64,000 nucleotides of DNA, from the IMG/VR virus record IMGVR_UViG_3300039167_000005, positions 19,298-83,297 of that record; one strand, given 5' to 3'. Under the pieces are notes generated by a model. The model saw only the letters and a program-made list of their open reading frames with translations. It had not been told where the DNA came from and did not search any database. Origin of the DNA: a virus. Taxonomy: Duplodnaviria; Caudoviricetes. Position numbers and translations under genes: made by a program. Shown one piece after another: positions 36,927-46,403 of this stretch (positions within the stretch are counted from its first letter, which is position 1; each line of letters opens with the position of its first letter).

Positions 36927-37646
36927 CTAATCTACATACATTACACGGTTTTCTTCGGTCAGCTCCATCTGATTAACAGATGAGATGAAGAAGTCATTTG
37001 CTTTGGGCGTAAGAGTGTACCCTTTCAGCGCGTACTTTACAATACGCTTCAACGTCGCGTTCGGATACTCCACGACATTTAGGTTGATGCGCTTATTCAG
37101 TACATCAAAGACGAAGCGCTCATGCTTGTAGAAATTCTCTCCGTCCCAAGCTGCACAACAAGCAGTAATATCGAAAGAAGAAATGAGGTCTTCACAGTCC
37201 ACATACGGTCGCTTATTAATCACTTGAATTTTATATTCATCTTCCATGATGAAAGTGAATAGCTCTCGTTTAGGACATTCAAACACCTTAGTATAACCAA
37301 GAGCTTGAATATCAGCTAGCAGCTTCTCAAGGACACCTTGGTCCGTTACGAACAGGTCATAGTCGCAGATTTCTTCGTTACAAGGATCAACAAGCACCCG
37401 TAGTGCCCCGCCAGCAAGGACCACACTCGGTGACTCTTGAACCAGCTTCTTAATATTGTAAGAGAGTTCTTCTATGTTGTCTTCCATATCAAAGGCGGCG
37501 TTATCAAAGCATTTCTCACAGGTACACGTGATGCCTACTTCCGCCCAACCCGCCTCGGTGGCGGTGTTCGTCCAGTTAATCTCTTCACTGCATACTCGAC
37601 AATGTTTTACTTGGTCCTCTGACTTCAGTTCTTCTTTAATGTTCAT
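36927..37646 (-). CDS. nucleotidyltransferase (CCA/poly(A) polymerase head-like) with N-terminal zinc finger
   Basis: LAGGALR...DYDLF...FDITAC; N-terminal CRVC...CTCEKC. Confidence 0.75.
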   Translation of the reverse strand: MNIKEELKSEDQVKHCRVCSEEINWTNTATEAGWAEVGITCTCEKCFDNAAFDMEDNIEELSYNIKKLVQESPSVVLAGGALRVLVDPCNEEICDYDLFVTDQGVLEKLLADIQALGYTKVFECPKRELFTFIMEDEYKIQVINKRPYVDCEDLISSFDITACCAAWDGENFYKHERFVFDVLNKRINLNVVEYPNATLKRIVKYALKGYTLTPKANDFFISSVNQMELTEENRVMYVD

Positions 37647-38053
37647 TAAATCTCTCCTTCTAAATAAACTCTAGCTGCGAAAATCACCTGTCTCCGCAAC
37701 CCCTCTTTGTAATCATACACTACCCCGTCCTTCACACAATAAGCATGACCACGGGAGCACACATAATATCTTCCTTTAGGGTGCTTCTGCAAGAACTTGG
37801 ATAAACTGATCCTGTTTTGATTTGAATACGGACCAAACTTCACTTTAGCCTTCTTACACGCTTTCAGTGCGGAAGTCAACTCCTTATTGTACATTCCCCG
37901 CCTATTGATACGACCATGCTTCTTCAACCAAGCATGAGCATTTTCGTAGGACGAATCAAAACACTCAGCCCATGCTACGACAGTGCAGTCGTTGTATTCT
38001 TTGTAATTCTCTCGTTCTGGGTACTTCCCTACTGTACTTTGGAATCTTTCCAT
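37646..38053 (-). CDS. conserved phage protein with a Cys-His-Asp pattern
   Basis: NDCTVVA...GHAYCVKDG..YD. Confidence 0.65.
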   Translation of the reverse strand: MERFQSTVGKYPERENYKEYNDCTVVAWAECFDSSYENAHAWLKKHGRINRRGMYNKELTSALKACKKAKVKFGPYSNQNRISLSKFLQKHPKGRYYVCSRGHAYCVKDGVVYDYKEGLRRQVIFAARVYLEGEI

Positions 38054-38055
38054 GC

Positions 38056-38358
38056 TTATCTCCGCACTGTGTTCATTCCGTTTTCATCGTCAAAGTATAC
38101 AACCCTGGCCTCTGGGTGAATTATCACTGAACTACTCTCAGCGTTGATTACATGCCCTACATTGAACAGGATGACCCTTGTCTCTTGCGAGAGGCTTAGA
38201 TCGACTGTAACCATTCTAGCTAGTTCCCTAGATTGTCCGCTACAGGTAATATCTCGTCCTTCACAAATCCACTTCTCGATTGTAGAGGTATAGGCTTTCC
38301 ACTCGTCTAGTTGCCGTTTCTCTATAAGCCCTAGTTTATTCAATAACCACTTTTTCAT
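38056..38358 (-). CDS. hypothetical protein
   Basis: likely start MKKWLLNKLG after GAGGAGG. Confidence 0.6.
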   Translation of the reverse strand: MKKWLLNKLGLIEKRQLDEWKAYTSTIEKWICEGRDITCSGQSRELARMVTVDLSLSQETRVILFNVGHVINAESSSVIIHPEARVVYFDDENGMNTVRR

Positions 38359-38404
38359 ATTTCCTCCTCTTTTCATCTTTTCTACAGCTAAGCTGTGTAC
38401 ACTA

Positions 38405-38641
38405 TCAGTGGACACTAGAGTTAATGTGTTTAACGATTGGAGATTGCTCTAGAACATCTTGTAACACCTTGTCTAGAGGGTTCAAGATGGTTGAGAGTTC
38501 GCCTAGTGTCACCCCTTCTTCGGGAATTACAATTGGACCGTTTTGCTCAAAGTAAGCTTTTAGAGCTTCCTGCATCGCACTATTGAGCGCCTGAACCATC
38601 TCCTCCTCGTCCATCTCAAACAATTCTTCACCGGTATTCAT
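38405..38641 (-). CDS. hypothetical acidic protein
   Basis: likely start MNTGEEL after GGAGGAGG. Confidence 0.55.
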   Translation of the reverse strand: MNTGEELFEMDEEEMVQALNSAMQEALKAYFEQNGPIVIPEEGVTLGELSTILNPLDKVLQDVLEQSPIVKHINSSVH

Positions 38642-38697
38642 ACTCCCTCCTCCATAAACAAAAGCCACCAGAACGAAATGCTCTAGTGGCTCAAAGA

Positions 38698-38982
38698 TTA
38701 CTCCAGATTTTCTTCTTTGTCAACAGGCTTACCAGAGAAATATCCGGGACCGTTAAACAGGTTGTCAAGGTTACTTGGATGACTCTCTTGCTCTACCCTG
38801 GCCTGAATTGCCTGCCAAGTGGGTTCATATTCGGGCCAGTCTTTTTCAACAACGACACAATCTACAAAAGGTAGAGGTTTACTCGTGACAGCAACCTTGA
38901 AAATTTGCTCGAACTGCTCACTAGATAGAAGATCGAGTTTCAGCACCATATAGCGATGTTCTCGTTTAAATGTCTTCTTCAT
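38698..38982 (-). CDS. hypothetical protein
   Basis: KREHRY.VLK...CVVVEKDWPEYE; AGGAG RBS. Confidence 0.65.
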   Translation of the reverse strand: MKKTFKREHRYMVLKLDLLSSEQFEQIFKVAVTSKPLPFVDCVVVEKDWPEYEPTWQAIQARVEQESHPSNLDNLFNGPGYFSGKPVDKEENLE

Positions 38983-39181
38983 CCTCATCTCCTGAAATGT
39001 CTCGAATGAACCAAGGCCAAGCAACCATTGTGAGAATAATAAACTTGACGTGATTGATATTAAACTCTGGGATGTCCTCTTCAAATGCTTCAGCAACATG
39101 GTTCATCAGCATGTGGTATGTAATACCAACACCAAGACCAATTGCAAGATAGATGCAAAGAACTGAAATTAGAATGCTCAT
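38966..39181 (-). CDS. small membrane protein
   Basis: hydrophobic N-terminus; ..AWPWF motif. Confidence 0.65.
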   Translation of the reverse strand: MSILISVLCIYLAIGLGVGITYHMLMNHVAEAFEEDIPEFNINHVKFIILTMVAWPWFIRDISGDEDEEDI

Positions 39182-39447
39182 CAGTATAGCACCACAACAT
39201 CTTTCAGAGATTCAATGAAATCTTCAATCTCTTCGCCATTAAAACAGAAGTCATCGACCATTTCATCAACGCTGGAATAGTGGCTCAGGAATGCAGGACT
39301 GTCAGAAATATCTGAGCCGTGATAAGAGTCTTCTTCTACGCCCCGCACCAGCTTATAGTAATTGCCCTCATCATCTCCTTGTAGCACCACTTCTGCATCC
39401 TCATTATAATACTCTTGCAGTAGAGCGATCAAATCTTTAACTTTCAT
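39181..39447 (-). CDS. hypothetical protein
   Basis: MKVKDLIALLQ..D.EGN. Confidence 0.7.
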   Translation of the reverse strand: MKVKDLIALLQEYYNEDAEVVLQGDDEGNYYKLVRGVEEDSYHGSDISDSPAFLSHYSSVDEMVDDFCFNGEEIEDFIESLKDVVVLY

Positions 39448-39755
39448 TTCTTCTCCTTAATCTTCTTCAGAGTAGCTTCAGCAGCCCCAAGACTTTCTTT
39501 TGCTTTACGAACAGCATCTTCTGCTACTGCCTCTTCTTGAGATTTAAATTTTTCCACAAACATCACCACATTCAGTGTTTCGCGGGAAGGAGAAAATTCG
39601 CAATCATGTACTTCAGTTTGGATAGCTTCTGCTTCTTCTATGTAATATTTGTATCCGTTAACAATGACACCTCGGCATTTTTGTAGAGTTTCAATCCCTA
39701 GTTCACCCAGCACCCCAAACACTTCGTCAACACTTCCATAAAGACTAACACGCAT
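39444..39755 (-). CDS. hypothetical protein
   Basis: AGGAGG RBS, coiled-coil end. Confidence 0.65.
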   Translation of the reverse strand: MRVSLYGSVDEVFGVLGELGIETLQKCRGVIVNGYKYYIEEAEAIQTEVHDCEFSPSRETLNVVMFVEKFKSQEEAVAEDAVRKAKESLGAAEATLKKIKEKK

Positions 39756-39851
39756 ACCTTCTAAAACCTCCTATTTTGCGTTATAAGCTCTTTTCTCATC
39801 TAAGAGCCACCCTTGTATACCTTATACCCTTAAAACGTTGTGTAGAGCGTC

Positions 39852-40166
39852 CTAGGATGCTTCTTGGTGCATCTTGTCAATATCTTCTGCACTAATTTTA
39901 AGAAACACGAGTCCAAACGCGTAAACCATGATAAGGGATACAAATGCTACCGAAGATGCGCTAAATACCAGATAGCCTAGAATCCCTAGGACGATGCCGC
40001 AGTGTGCCACAATCTCCTGCCGTACTTTAGAGGCTTTCAGAAACCATACAGCACTGATATTTCCCAGTGCAATAAACAGTAGTCCCACATCCAACGTTAC
40101 ACAGAATAGGCCAACGCAACCGATAAAGGATAGAACGTTCAACCACTTGATGAAAATCTTATGCAT
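39852..40166 (-). CDS. membrane protein
   Basis: several hydrophobic helices; likely start MHKIFIKW. Confidence 0.55.
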   Translation of the reverse strand: MHKIFIKWLNVLSFIGCVGLFCVTLDVGLLFIALGNISAVWFLKASKVRQEIVAHCGIVLGILGYLVFSASSVAFVSLIMVYAFGLVFLKISAEDIDKMHQEAS

Positions 40167-40392
40167 CTTCTTCCTCCATCTGTGCGTCAATAGCTTCTTT
40201 GGCAGAAGTGTACCAACTTCGTTGAACATAGCCATCAAAAGGCCATTCTAGTCGATAATGGTATTTCTCCCAAATCTGTGTTGTGGTGATTACACACCGT
40301 TCATCCATTAGGAATTGAAGGCGCTTGGCATCCTGTACCAGTGATTTGTAGGAGGATGCAGGAATTGATACCTCATCAAAGGTGTGTTCCAT
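40159..40392 (-). CDS. hypothetical protein
   Basis: 77 aa, coupled ORF. Confidence 0.6.
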   Translation of the reverse strand: MEHTFDEVSIPASSYKSLVQDAKRLQFLMDERCVITTTQIWEKYHYRLEWPFDGYVQRSWYTSAKEAIDAQMEEEDA

Positions 40393-40587
40393 CTAACCCT
40401 CCTGATATGTCATTTCAAAAGTATTATCTTGTTTCAGACGAACATTGTACTCGTAGATACGGAAAGACTTTACATAATTACAAAGCGCGTCATGTGTACG
40501 GAACATCCGTTGACGCACGTTAGGAGTTTGTAACATGCCCTCGATAGGTGGTACATTCTGCTCAGTAGTGGTTTCAATTTGTTGCAT
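40393..40587 (-). CDS. hypothetical protein
   Basis: GGAGG RBS. Confidence 0.6.
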   Translation of the reverse strand: MQQIETTTEQNVPPIEGMLQTPNVRQRMFRTHDALCNYVKSFRIYEYNVRLKQDNTFEMTYQEG

Positions 40588-40922
40588 TATTGTTTATTCC
40601 TCCAAATAAGAAGTTCCCTCACCAACAGCTCTGAGGAATTCTTTACAATCTCAGGATACTCCGACGCTTTAAGATTGTAAAGACTTCCGGCAGTTAAATT
40701 TTCCTTTGATATCAGGTGTAGATGGGGATGCTTCAGATTTTCAAAGTTTTTCTGGATGTACTTGGCCATCCTGTCATAACATTCATCAGAAAGCAAGGAT
40801 TCGTTGCAATGGTAGTATTGATAGGAAGCGGCAATCCACCAAGACACAGCAGAGCTTGGGTTAACTTTGAAGCTTTCTCGTGCTACTTCATCGTAGTTTC
40901 CATTTACTACAGGAAGGGTCAC
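40587..40922 (-). CDS. stand-alone NAD+-ligase domain Ia-like (Nlig-Ia) protein
   Basis: ASYQYY....LLSDECYD matches the LigA Ia signature YY...SD.EYD. Confidence 0.6.
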   Translation of the reverse strand: MTLPVVNGNYDEVARESFKVNPSSAVSWWIAASYQYYHCNESLLSDECYDRMAKYIQKNFENLKHPHLHLISKENLTAGSLYNLKASEYPEIVKNSSELLVRELLIWRNKQ

Positions 40923-41107
40923 TCACCCTCTCCTTCAGTTTCCCAAATACGCTTCTGTCGCAGGAACTCTTGAATCTTATGATTCTTTTCAAACGGGTGT
41001 TCCTCAAGACTTTTGACAAAAGAGTCGAAGTCATCATCATTCAGAATGTACACCTCCGTCACTTTCAGATTCTTGAAATCTTCAATATCTTCAGCGGTTA
41101 ATTTCAT
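40919..41107 (-). CDS. hypothetical protein
   Basis: coupled ORF. Confidence 0.6.
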   Translation of the reverse strand: MKLTAEDIEDFKNLKVTEVYILNDDDFDSFVKSLEEHPFEKNHKIQEFLRQKRIWETEGEGE

Positions 41108-41475
41108 ACACTCTCCTTAATAAAATATTGAACATTCTCAGGATTTACAAATTTTACCATATGCCCCTGAACAATCAAACCCTTCCGCTTACTGTGTTGC
41201 AATTTTGCAACGTGTACGATTTTCGCTTTCTTCGCAGAAGAATACCAGTCAGTAGGAATATCCCCAAACGGTTCTTTGAAGTAGCGCTGATGAATCTCAT
41301 CATACACAGCATTGTGCAATTTAATCGCATTGCGCAAACTCACTTCCTTCCGACCACGGTTCACCCAAGCTTCACTCTGAAATACGTGACTCACAGGGAG
41401 ATACTGATAGCCCAATTCGTGCATAAAATTGATAACACTCTGTAGTTGTAACACCTTTGTGTTGGTAGTATCCAT
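41104..41475 (-). CDS. hypothetical protein
   Basis: AAGGAG RBS. Confidence 0.65.
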   Translation of the reverse strand: MDTTNTKVLQLQSVINFMHELGYQYLPVSHVFQSEAWVNRGRKEVSLRNAIKLHNAVYDEIHQRYFKEPFGDIPTDWYSSAKKAKIVHVAKLQHSKRKGLIVQGHMVKFVNPENVQYFIKESV

Positions 41476-41487
41476 ATTCGATTCTCC

Positions 41488-41886
41488 TTAAAGTTTAAAG
41501 CTAAAACGATCCTTCATCTTCTGAATGGTAGTTTCAGGAACATTGTGAACAGACTTGCTCCCGTGACGATTCTCCACAACGAGAGAAACTACCCTATAAT
41601 CGTACTTTTTAGCAAGATCGAGGTAAGGTTTCAGTTCCTTCTCTGTTGTGAATGTGTTAGAAACAACTACTCCATGACCGAGCATCATACATGCCTCGGT
41701 TTTGTCTTGACATTCGTTATGAGCTTTGTGCAGAAGGGTCGGGTTGAAATTGTAATTACCTCCACGATCATAGAAATAGTCGTCTGCTTCAAACATAGCG
41801 AGGTTCAGACTTTCTGCAAGGTCGGTCGCAAACGTAGTCTTTCCAGCACCGGCAACCCCACGAATCAGATACAAAGTCTTATTCAT
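41488..41886 (-). CDS. AAA_33-type P-loop kinase (Pnk kinase-like)
   Basis: LIRGVAGAGKTT, EADDYF, VSNTF. Confidence 0.8.
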   Translation of the reverse strand: MNKTLYLIRGVAGAGKTTFATDLAESLNLAMFEADDYFYDRGGNYNFNPTLLHKAHNECQDKTEACMMLGHGVVVSNTFTTEKELKPYLDLAKKYDYRVVSLVVENRHGSKSVHNVPETTIQKMKDRFSFKL

Positions 41887-42751
41887 TGAAATACTCCTCA
41901 ATAACCTTACGCCGCTCTTGATCGTTCATTTCTTTCCATTCCTCTTTAGAAAACTTCTGAGTGATGAATTCTGCCACACTCCAGAACTCTTCGTCAAGGG
42001 ATTCTTTGATTAGGGACGGATTATCAAACAGACTATCCACCCGCTTATCTCCCATCCGCATCAAAGCTTTCTTGCTTAGGTAGTAGTTGGACTTAACCTT
42101 CATCAGAATTTCCCACGTAAGCAGGTCGCGGATCATCCAACCTTCTACGTCAACGCCCTTCTTCAGATCGAGAATATTTCTGAACGTTGCTACAGCCCAA
42201 TAAGGGCGCATAAAATCAAATGTATCCGCTACATCATCCAGTGCAGTCTCTGACCACATGTCACCAGATGTCATGCACCGTGCCCCGATTAGGTAGGCGC
42301 CATGCACCTCATCAATGATGTGAGGGTCTTGTTCCACACAAATCTCAAACATGAAGGTAATTTGCGGGAAAGTTGAGAAAAGGAGATTTCCTTCCAGAAG
42401 CCCCCTTGCCCATTTAGCATACTGACTGTCCAGTGTACCTGTGGTGCTAACAATAAGTTCGCCATTCCACCAGCGGGCACAAGCAAGATACCCGTTCACT
42501 TTACGAACAGCGATAACCTCTTTATCAAGAGGGAGGGTAGTTCCATTCTCTTGATAGTTGAATACCTTGGTAAACGGCCAAATCACCTTATTACCTTCAT
42601 CATCCAGAACCATACCGCGAGCATCCAAAAGACGCTCGTCAGTGTGCCAGAGGTTATCCCAGAAGACATTTTTCTTATACTTGTAAATAGAAAGACCATT
42701 GGGGTAGGTTTTCTTTTGTACAAGCTTCTTTTCTACCAGATCGTCGAACAT
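41879..42751 (-). CDS. RNA ligase (T4 Rnl1 family)
   Basis: ARG, PFTKVFN, motif I KVNG, FMFE, EGW, KVKS..Y. Confidence 0.85.
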   Translation of the reverse strand: MFDDLVEKKLVQKKTYPNGLSIYKYKKNVFWDNLWHTDERLLDARGMVLDDEGNKVIWPFTKVFNYQENGTTLPLDKEVIAVRKVNGYLACARWWNGELIVSTTGTLDSQYAKWARGLLEGNLLFSTFPQITFMFEICVEQDPHIIDEVHGAYLIGARCMTSGDMWSETALDDVADTFDFMRPYWAVATFRNILDLKKGVDVEGWMIRDLLTWEILMKVKSNYYLSKKALMRMGDKRVDSLFDNPSLIKESLDEEFWSVAEFITQKFSKEEWKEMNDQERRKVIEEYFNE

Positions 42752-42760
42752 TTAATCCTC

Positions 42761-43303
42761 CTAATGGTGTTTGATAATTTCCTTCTGTAAAAGGATTTCT
42801 TTAATCTCTTCCCAGCTCCACAACATCATATCACCATCTGGGCGAGCGTCAATACCTACGTTCATAGAACGTCCTCGACCAAACTGGTATGAAGCATGTA
42901 CGTGTCCGAATAGATGGAAAGCTCCGTAATTTATCTGCTCCCACTCATAAATAGGATAGTGCAACATCACGACTTTAATTCCATCGACACGAATCGTCTT
43001 GTAATCCTGTCGGGAACGGAAGAACTTCTTGAAGTCAGGACCAGATAGTTGACGGTCATGGTTCCCATAGACTAGGTGAATGTTTCCTTTGAGTTGAGAC
43101 AGGACTTCAATTGTACGCTCCTTTCCAGCAAAGGATACGTCTCCAAGGAGATACACCTCATCACAAGATGATACTTGAGAATTCCAATTGTCAATTAGCT
43201 TCCGGTCATGCTCTTCAAGTGTTCCTTGGATACGGGTGTTTGGGCAGAACTGTTGAATTTTATTATGTCCCCAATGGGTATCTGATACGAACCATTTAGC
43301 CAT
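42761..43303 (-). CDS. calcineurin-like phosphoesterase
   Basis: SDTHWGH, LGD, GNHD, HYP, GHVH. Confidence 0.85.
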   Translation of the reverse strand: MAKWFVSDTHWGHNKIQQFCPNTRIQGTLEEHDRKLIDNWNSQVSSCDEVYLLGDVSFAGKERTIEVLSQLKGNIHLVYGNHDRQLSGPDFKKFFRSRQDYKTIRVDGIKVVMLHYPIYEWEQINYGAFHLFGHVHASYQFGRGRSMNVGIDARPDGDMMLWSWEEIKEILLQKEIIKHH

Positions 43304-43541
43304 TATAAACTCCAAGAAGTAAGGTAGCATTTCCTTTTGTATCCATCTCATATTCCCAAGTTTTACCACGCCTATAGTTGCCAGATTCATACCCTTGCTC
43401 AACATCAGGATCGAACCCTACAACGTAAGCTGTACCTCCCTGCGTGTAGTACGAATCCCCAGAAAAATGCTCAACTACTGTTACGTCTGCATTCTGGTCA
43501 AAATCTTTTAACCACTCAATTAATTCTGATACTTTCATCAA
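43296..43541 (-). CDS. hypothetical protein
   Basis: MKVSELIEWL; coupled ORF. Confidence 0.65.
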   Translation of the reverse strand: MMKVSELIEWLKDFDQNADVTVVEHFSGDSYYTQGGTAYVVGFDPDVEQGYESGNYRRGKTWEYEMDTKGNATLLLGVYNG

Positions 43542-43975
43542 TCCTCCTTAAATTTCTCCACGATTACTCCAAGATTCTTCAAATTCTCAATTCCAGATGT
43601 GTCCCGGTAAGTCTCCTTGTATACTACACGAGAAATGCCAGCCGCTGCAACCATCTCGGAGCACGGCTTACAACAGCTCATGGTAGTGTAAAGCGTGCCA
43701 CCTACCACAGAAACACCCTCCCTGGCCGCACGCAACACAGCGGAAAGTTCCGCGTGGATTGTTTCTTCTTTAGTAACAAGATTTCCTTCTAAATCCGTAT
43801 ACTCTAGCTCATTGGAAGACCCTGGTGCCAAGCCATTACAACCTCCCAAGATAGTCCCGTTACGGGTGACAATTACCACTCCAACCTTTGCCCTGACTCC
43901 TCTGCTGAGGGAGGCATGAGCCTCCGCACAGGTTAGGTAGCAACAGTCAAGAGATTCTTTACTTGCCACTTTCAC
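43538..43975 (-). CDS. dCMP deaminase
   Basis: KVGVVIV...GCNG...HAE...TTMSCCKPC...AGISRVVY. Confidence 0.85.
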   Translation of the reverse strand: MKVASKESLDCCYLTCAEAHASLSRGVRAKVGVVIVTRNGTILGGCNGLAPGSSNELEYTDLEGNLVTKEETIHAELSAVLRAAREGVSVVGGTLYTTMSCCKPCSEMVAAAGISRVVYKETYRDTSGIENLKNLGVIVEKFKED

Positions 43976-44222
43976 CCCGCTTATACTTCTTATACAAACC
44001 ATAAGCAATCACAGGGTATCCAAACATCACCATGAAGAATACTAGAGGGTAAAACAGCACTTTAAATGTTGAGTATCCTACAGGATTGTTAGTATGCTCT
44101 TGATAGTCATCCCACCACTCCTTCGTTGTAGCTTTCATAGACATCAGGAAAATAGTCGTTGCACCAAGCCCGAAACCGACACAGGTGTAAATAAGTAGAA
44201 TTGCTAGAATTACAGTAATCAT
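43959..44222 (-). CDS. small membrane protein
   Basis: two hydrophobic helices. Confidence 0.6.
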   Translation of the reverse strand: MITVILAILLIYTCVGFGLGATTIFLMSMKATTKEWWDDYQEHTNNPVGYSTFKVLFYPLVFFMVMFGYPVIAYGLYKKYKRGESGK

Positions 44223-44551
44223 TGATCCTCCAGTTTAATCATTTCATAGTCACATTTGGAGTCCCACTCTTCCGCCCAGTAATTTCCTTCTGAATCATGT
44301 CCGTCCTCGTCAATCTCATCTTCTGGTGGACGATGCACAACATTAACTTTCTCGCAAGTGTGGGTGATTTCACCACAGATGATCTGTTCTACGTCCTCAT
44401 TCCAACCATCATCACAGTACATATAGATCATCTCGTCTGCGTACTTGTCTCGCTCTTCTACGTTATTGAAGTAACGAAAATCTCCGTCTTCATATACAAA
44501 GAAGCGATATTCTTTACAAGGTTTACTCTTTCCGTTATAGCTCATTCTCAT
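44219..44551 (-). CDS. hypothetical acidic protein
   Basis: GGAGG RBS. Confidence 0.65.
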   Translation of the reverse strand: MRMSYNGKSKPCKEYRFFVYEDGDFRYFNNVEERDKYADEMIYMYCDDGWNEDVEQIICGEITHTCEKVNVVHRPPEDEIDEDGHDSEGNYWAEEWDSKCDYEMIKLEDQ

Positions 44552-44814
44552 TTCCTCCGACTTTGTGTCCCACGGACTGTATATTCACCACTTTCGTTTT
44601 TAATCTTACCTTTTGTAATCTTTGATGCTTTAACGGTGTACCTACCCTTGCCATAATACTCATCACAAGCATGTTGTGCCTTAGCTCGATCTGAAGTCTT
44701 GTAAAACACATAGTTCTGAAGAGAGTCCATTATATAAAATGATGCAGGTGGAATGAATTCATAGTCTGTAAATTCCTGATAGCTTACAACGACTGTCTCT
44801 ACTTCTTTACTCAA
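44548..44814 (-). CDS. hypothetical protein
   Basis: TTG start after AGGAG. Confidence 0.6.
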   Translation of the reverse strand: MSKEVETVVVSYQEFTDYEFIPPASFYIMDSLQNYVFYKTSDRAKAQHACDEYYGKGRYTVKASKITKGKIKNESGEYTVRGTQSRRK

Positions 44815-44938
44815 TCAAGAATCTCCTGTTCAGCTTCAACAGCATACACCATTTCACCAAAGCTACTCTCATCCGCCTCTACGCTACTTAGATCGAAATC
44901 TTCGCCAGTGAATTCCACTTCAGTTACAACAAAAGACA

Positions 44939-45232
44939 TTAAAATTCCTCTTTCTGAATTACAGGCTTAGGATACGGTACAAATGTAATCATGTCTAGAG
45001 GAAAATCCTCATCATAACGACAAGAGTACATATTCAAGCGATTCTCCGTCTGTTCCTTGCAAGGAAAACGAGCGTAGATATATCGTCCCACCTTTACAGC
45101 TTGAGCACTGTTTACTGTGGTTCCGTGAGAATCTGTCTTATACGCTACGCCGATCTTGTCAAGGTTTTGTGCAAAGATTCGTGAGAATTTATGATCTGAG
45201 ATTTGTCGTTTAATGATCTTGAGTTTGTTCAT
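44939..45232 (-). CDS. hypothetical protein
   Basis: coupled ORF. Confidence 0.6.
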   Translation of the reverse strand: MNKLKIIKRQISDHKFSRIFAQNLDKIGVAYKTDSHGTTVNSAQAVKVGRYIYARFPCKEQTENRLNMYSCRYDEDFPLDMITFVPYPKPVIQKEEF

Positions 45233-45419
45233 AGCAGCGCTCCCCTCCGCACTCTTTTGGAATACACTTCAAAAACTCATTCAAACTGTCGCGAATCATC
45301 TTGGCAGATTCTGCATCTTCAATCCTAATCCAACCACTATCTGTTTTCATCACAACCTCAAGTACAGGTTGAGGCCATTCATACAGTTCAAAAATTTTAT
45401 TTTCACGGGACGGCTTCAT
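45210..45419 (-). CDS. hypothetical protein
   Basis: GAGG RBS. Confidence 0.6.
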   Translation of the reverse strand: MKPSRENKIFELYEWPQPVLEVVMKTDSGWIRIEDAESAKMIRDSLNEFLKCIPKECGGERCYEQTQDH

Positions 45420-45588
45420 TAAAACACCTCATCAACACATTGTTGCACAGACCTACCTTCCTCGTAGCACTCCTCAATATCAATACGGAATACCGCAGGG
45501 TGTACATATCCCAGCTTACGAGATTCTGCACAGCAGGCTTCAAAGTATTCCTCGAACTCAATTTGGTTCTTAGTAGCGTCAAGAATGT

Positions 45589-45759
45589 TCATTCAAAGTC
45601 CTCCTTCTTCACATTATGAGGTAGTGTAATCCCCGCTACAGCCAGACCAAGCCACGTGATAATATGCCAACTTTCGTTGTTAGGGTTGATGATGGGCATT
45701 ACAAATGCTGCAATGATAAAGAATCGTACAATGTTGAGACGGATGTTGATGTTACCCAT
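45589..45759 (-). CDS. small membrane protein
   Basis: hydrophobic; GAGGAG RBS before MGNIN. Confidence 0.55.
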   Translation of the reverse strand: MGNINIRLNIVRFFIIAAFVMPIINPNNESWHIITWLGLAVAGITLPHNVKKEDFE

Positions 45760-45826
45760 TTTATTTCTCCTCAGTAGCTCTTGAGCCACAATATGTCTCG
45801 TTTAGTGTTGTTTCGTAGCCTGAGAG

Positions 45827-46030
45827 CTACACAGACCCACACCAAGAATTTGTGCTGGGTAGTGGTAGGATGCAGCCAGTTTTCACCCTTCCTTTGCAAG
45901 TACACAAATAGTGTCCCCGGTTAACGTACACCACTTGAGTCCAAACATCACCCTCTTTGAGCACCATGACACGCTCCATCTTTCCCCGAGACAGAGCGTA
46001 ACCTTGCTCATACTTCTGAAATGTCCTCAT
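45827..46030 (-). CDS. hypothetical protein
   Basis: 67-aa ORF near the leftward promoter. Confidence 0.55.
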   Translation of the reverse strand: MRTFQKYEQGYALSRGKMERVMVLKEGDVWTQVVYVNRGHYLCTCKGRVKTGCILPLPSTNSWCGSV

Positions 46031-46304
46031 TCTATTCCCCTACTGGCAATGTCAGATTTTCTTTCAGGCACTCCTTAATAGCCTCGTTCAGACCTTCTTT
46101 GTCAATACTCATCATTCCTCCAGTTGTTTCAAAGCATCTTCAACAGACACTCCTATGATGTAGAGCTGCATCATCTCAGAGCATTCCACTTGTGTCAATC
46201 GTCTACCTAGCTTTTCTTTTAGGAAAGATGTGTAGGCACACCAAGAGGACATTGGGTGGCGTTCTTTGGGCATTTTTCGATCCCCTTTCTATTGAATTTC
46301 AGCT

Positions 46305-46334
46305 ATCTTAGCGTGTACTTGATGTGGGAGTCAA
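46305..46334 (-). promoter_or_regulatory. leftward sigma70 promoter for the minus-strand block
   Basis: reverse strand TTGACT-18-TAAGAT. Confidence 0.65.
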
Positions 46335-46403
46335 GATGTAGAGTAGTGGATAATTTCTATTGGGTGTGGGTTGGGCGATAGGGAGAATTTATCATTTAAC
46401 CTA

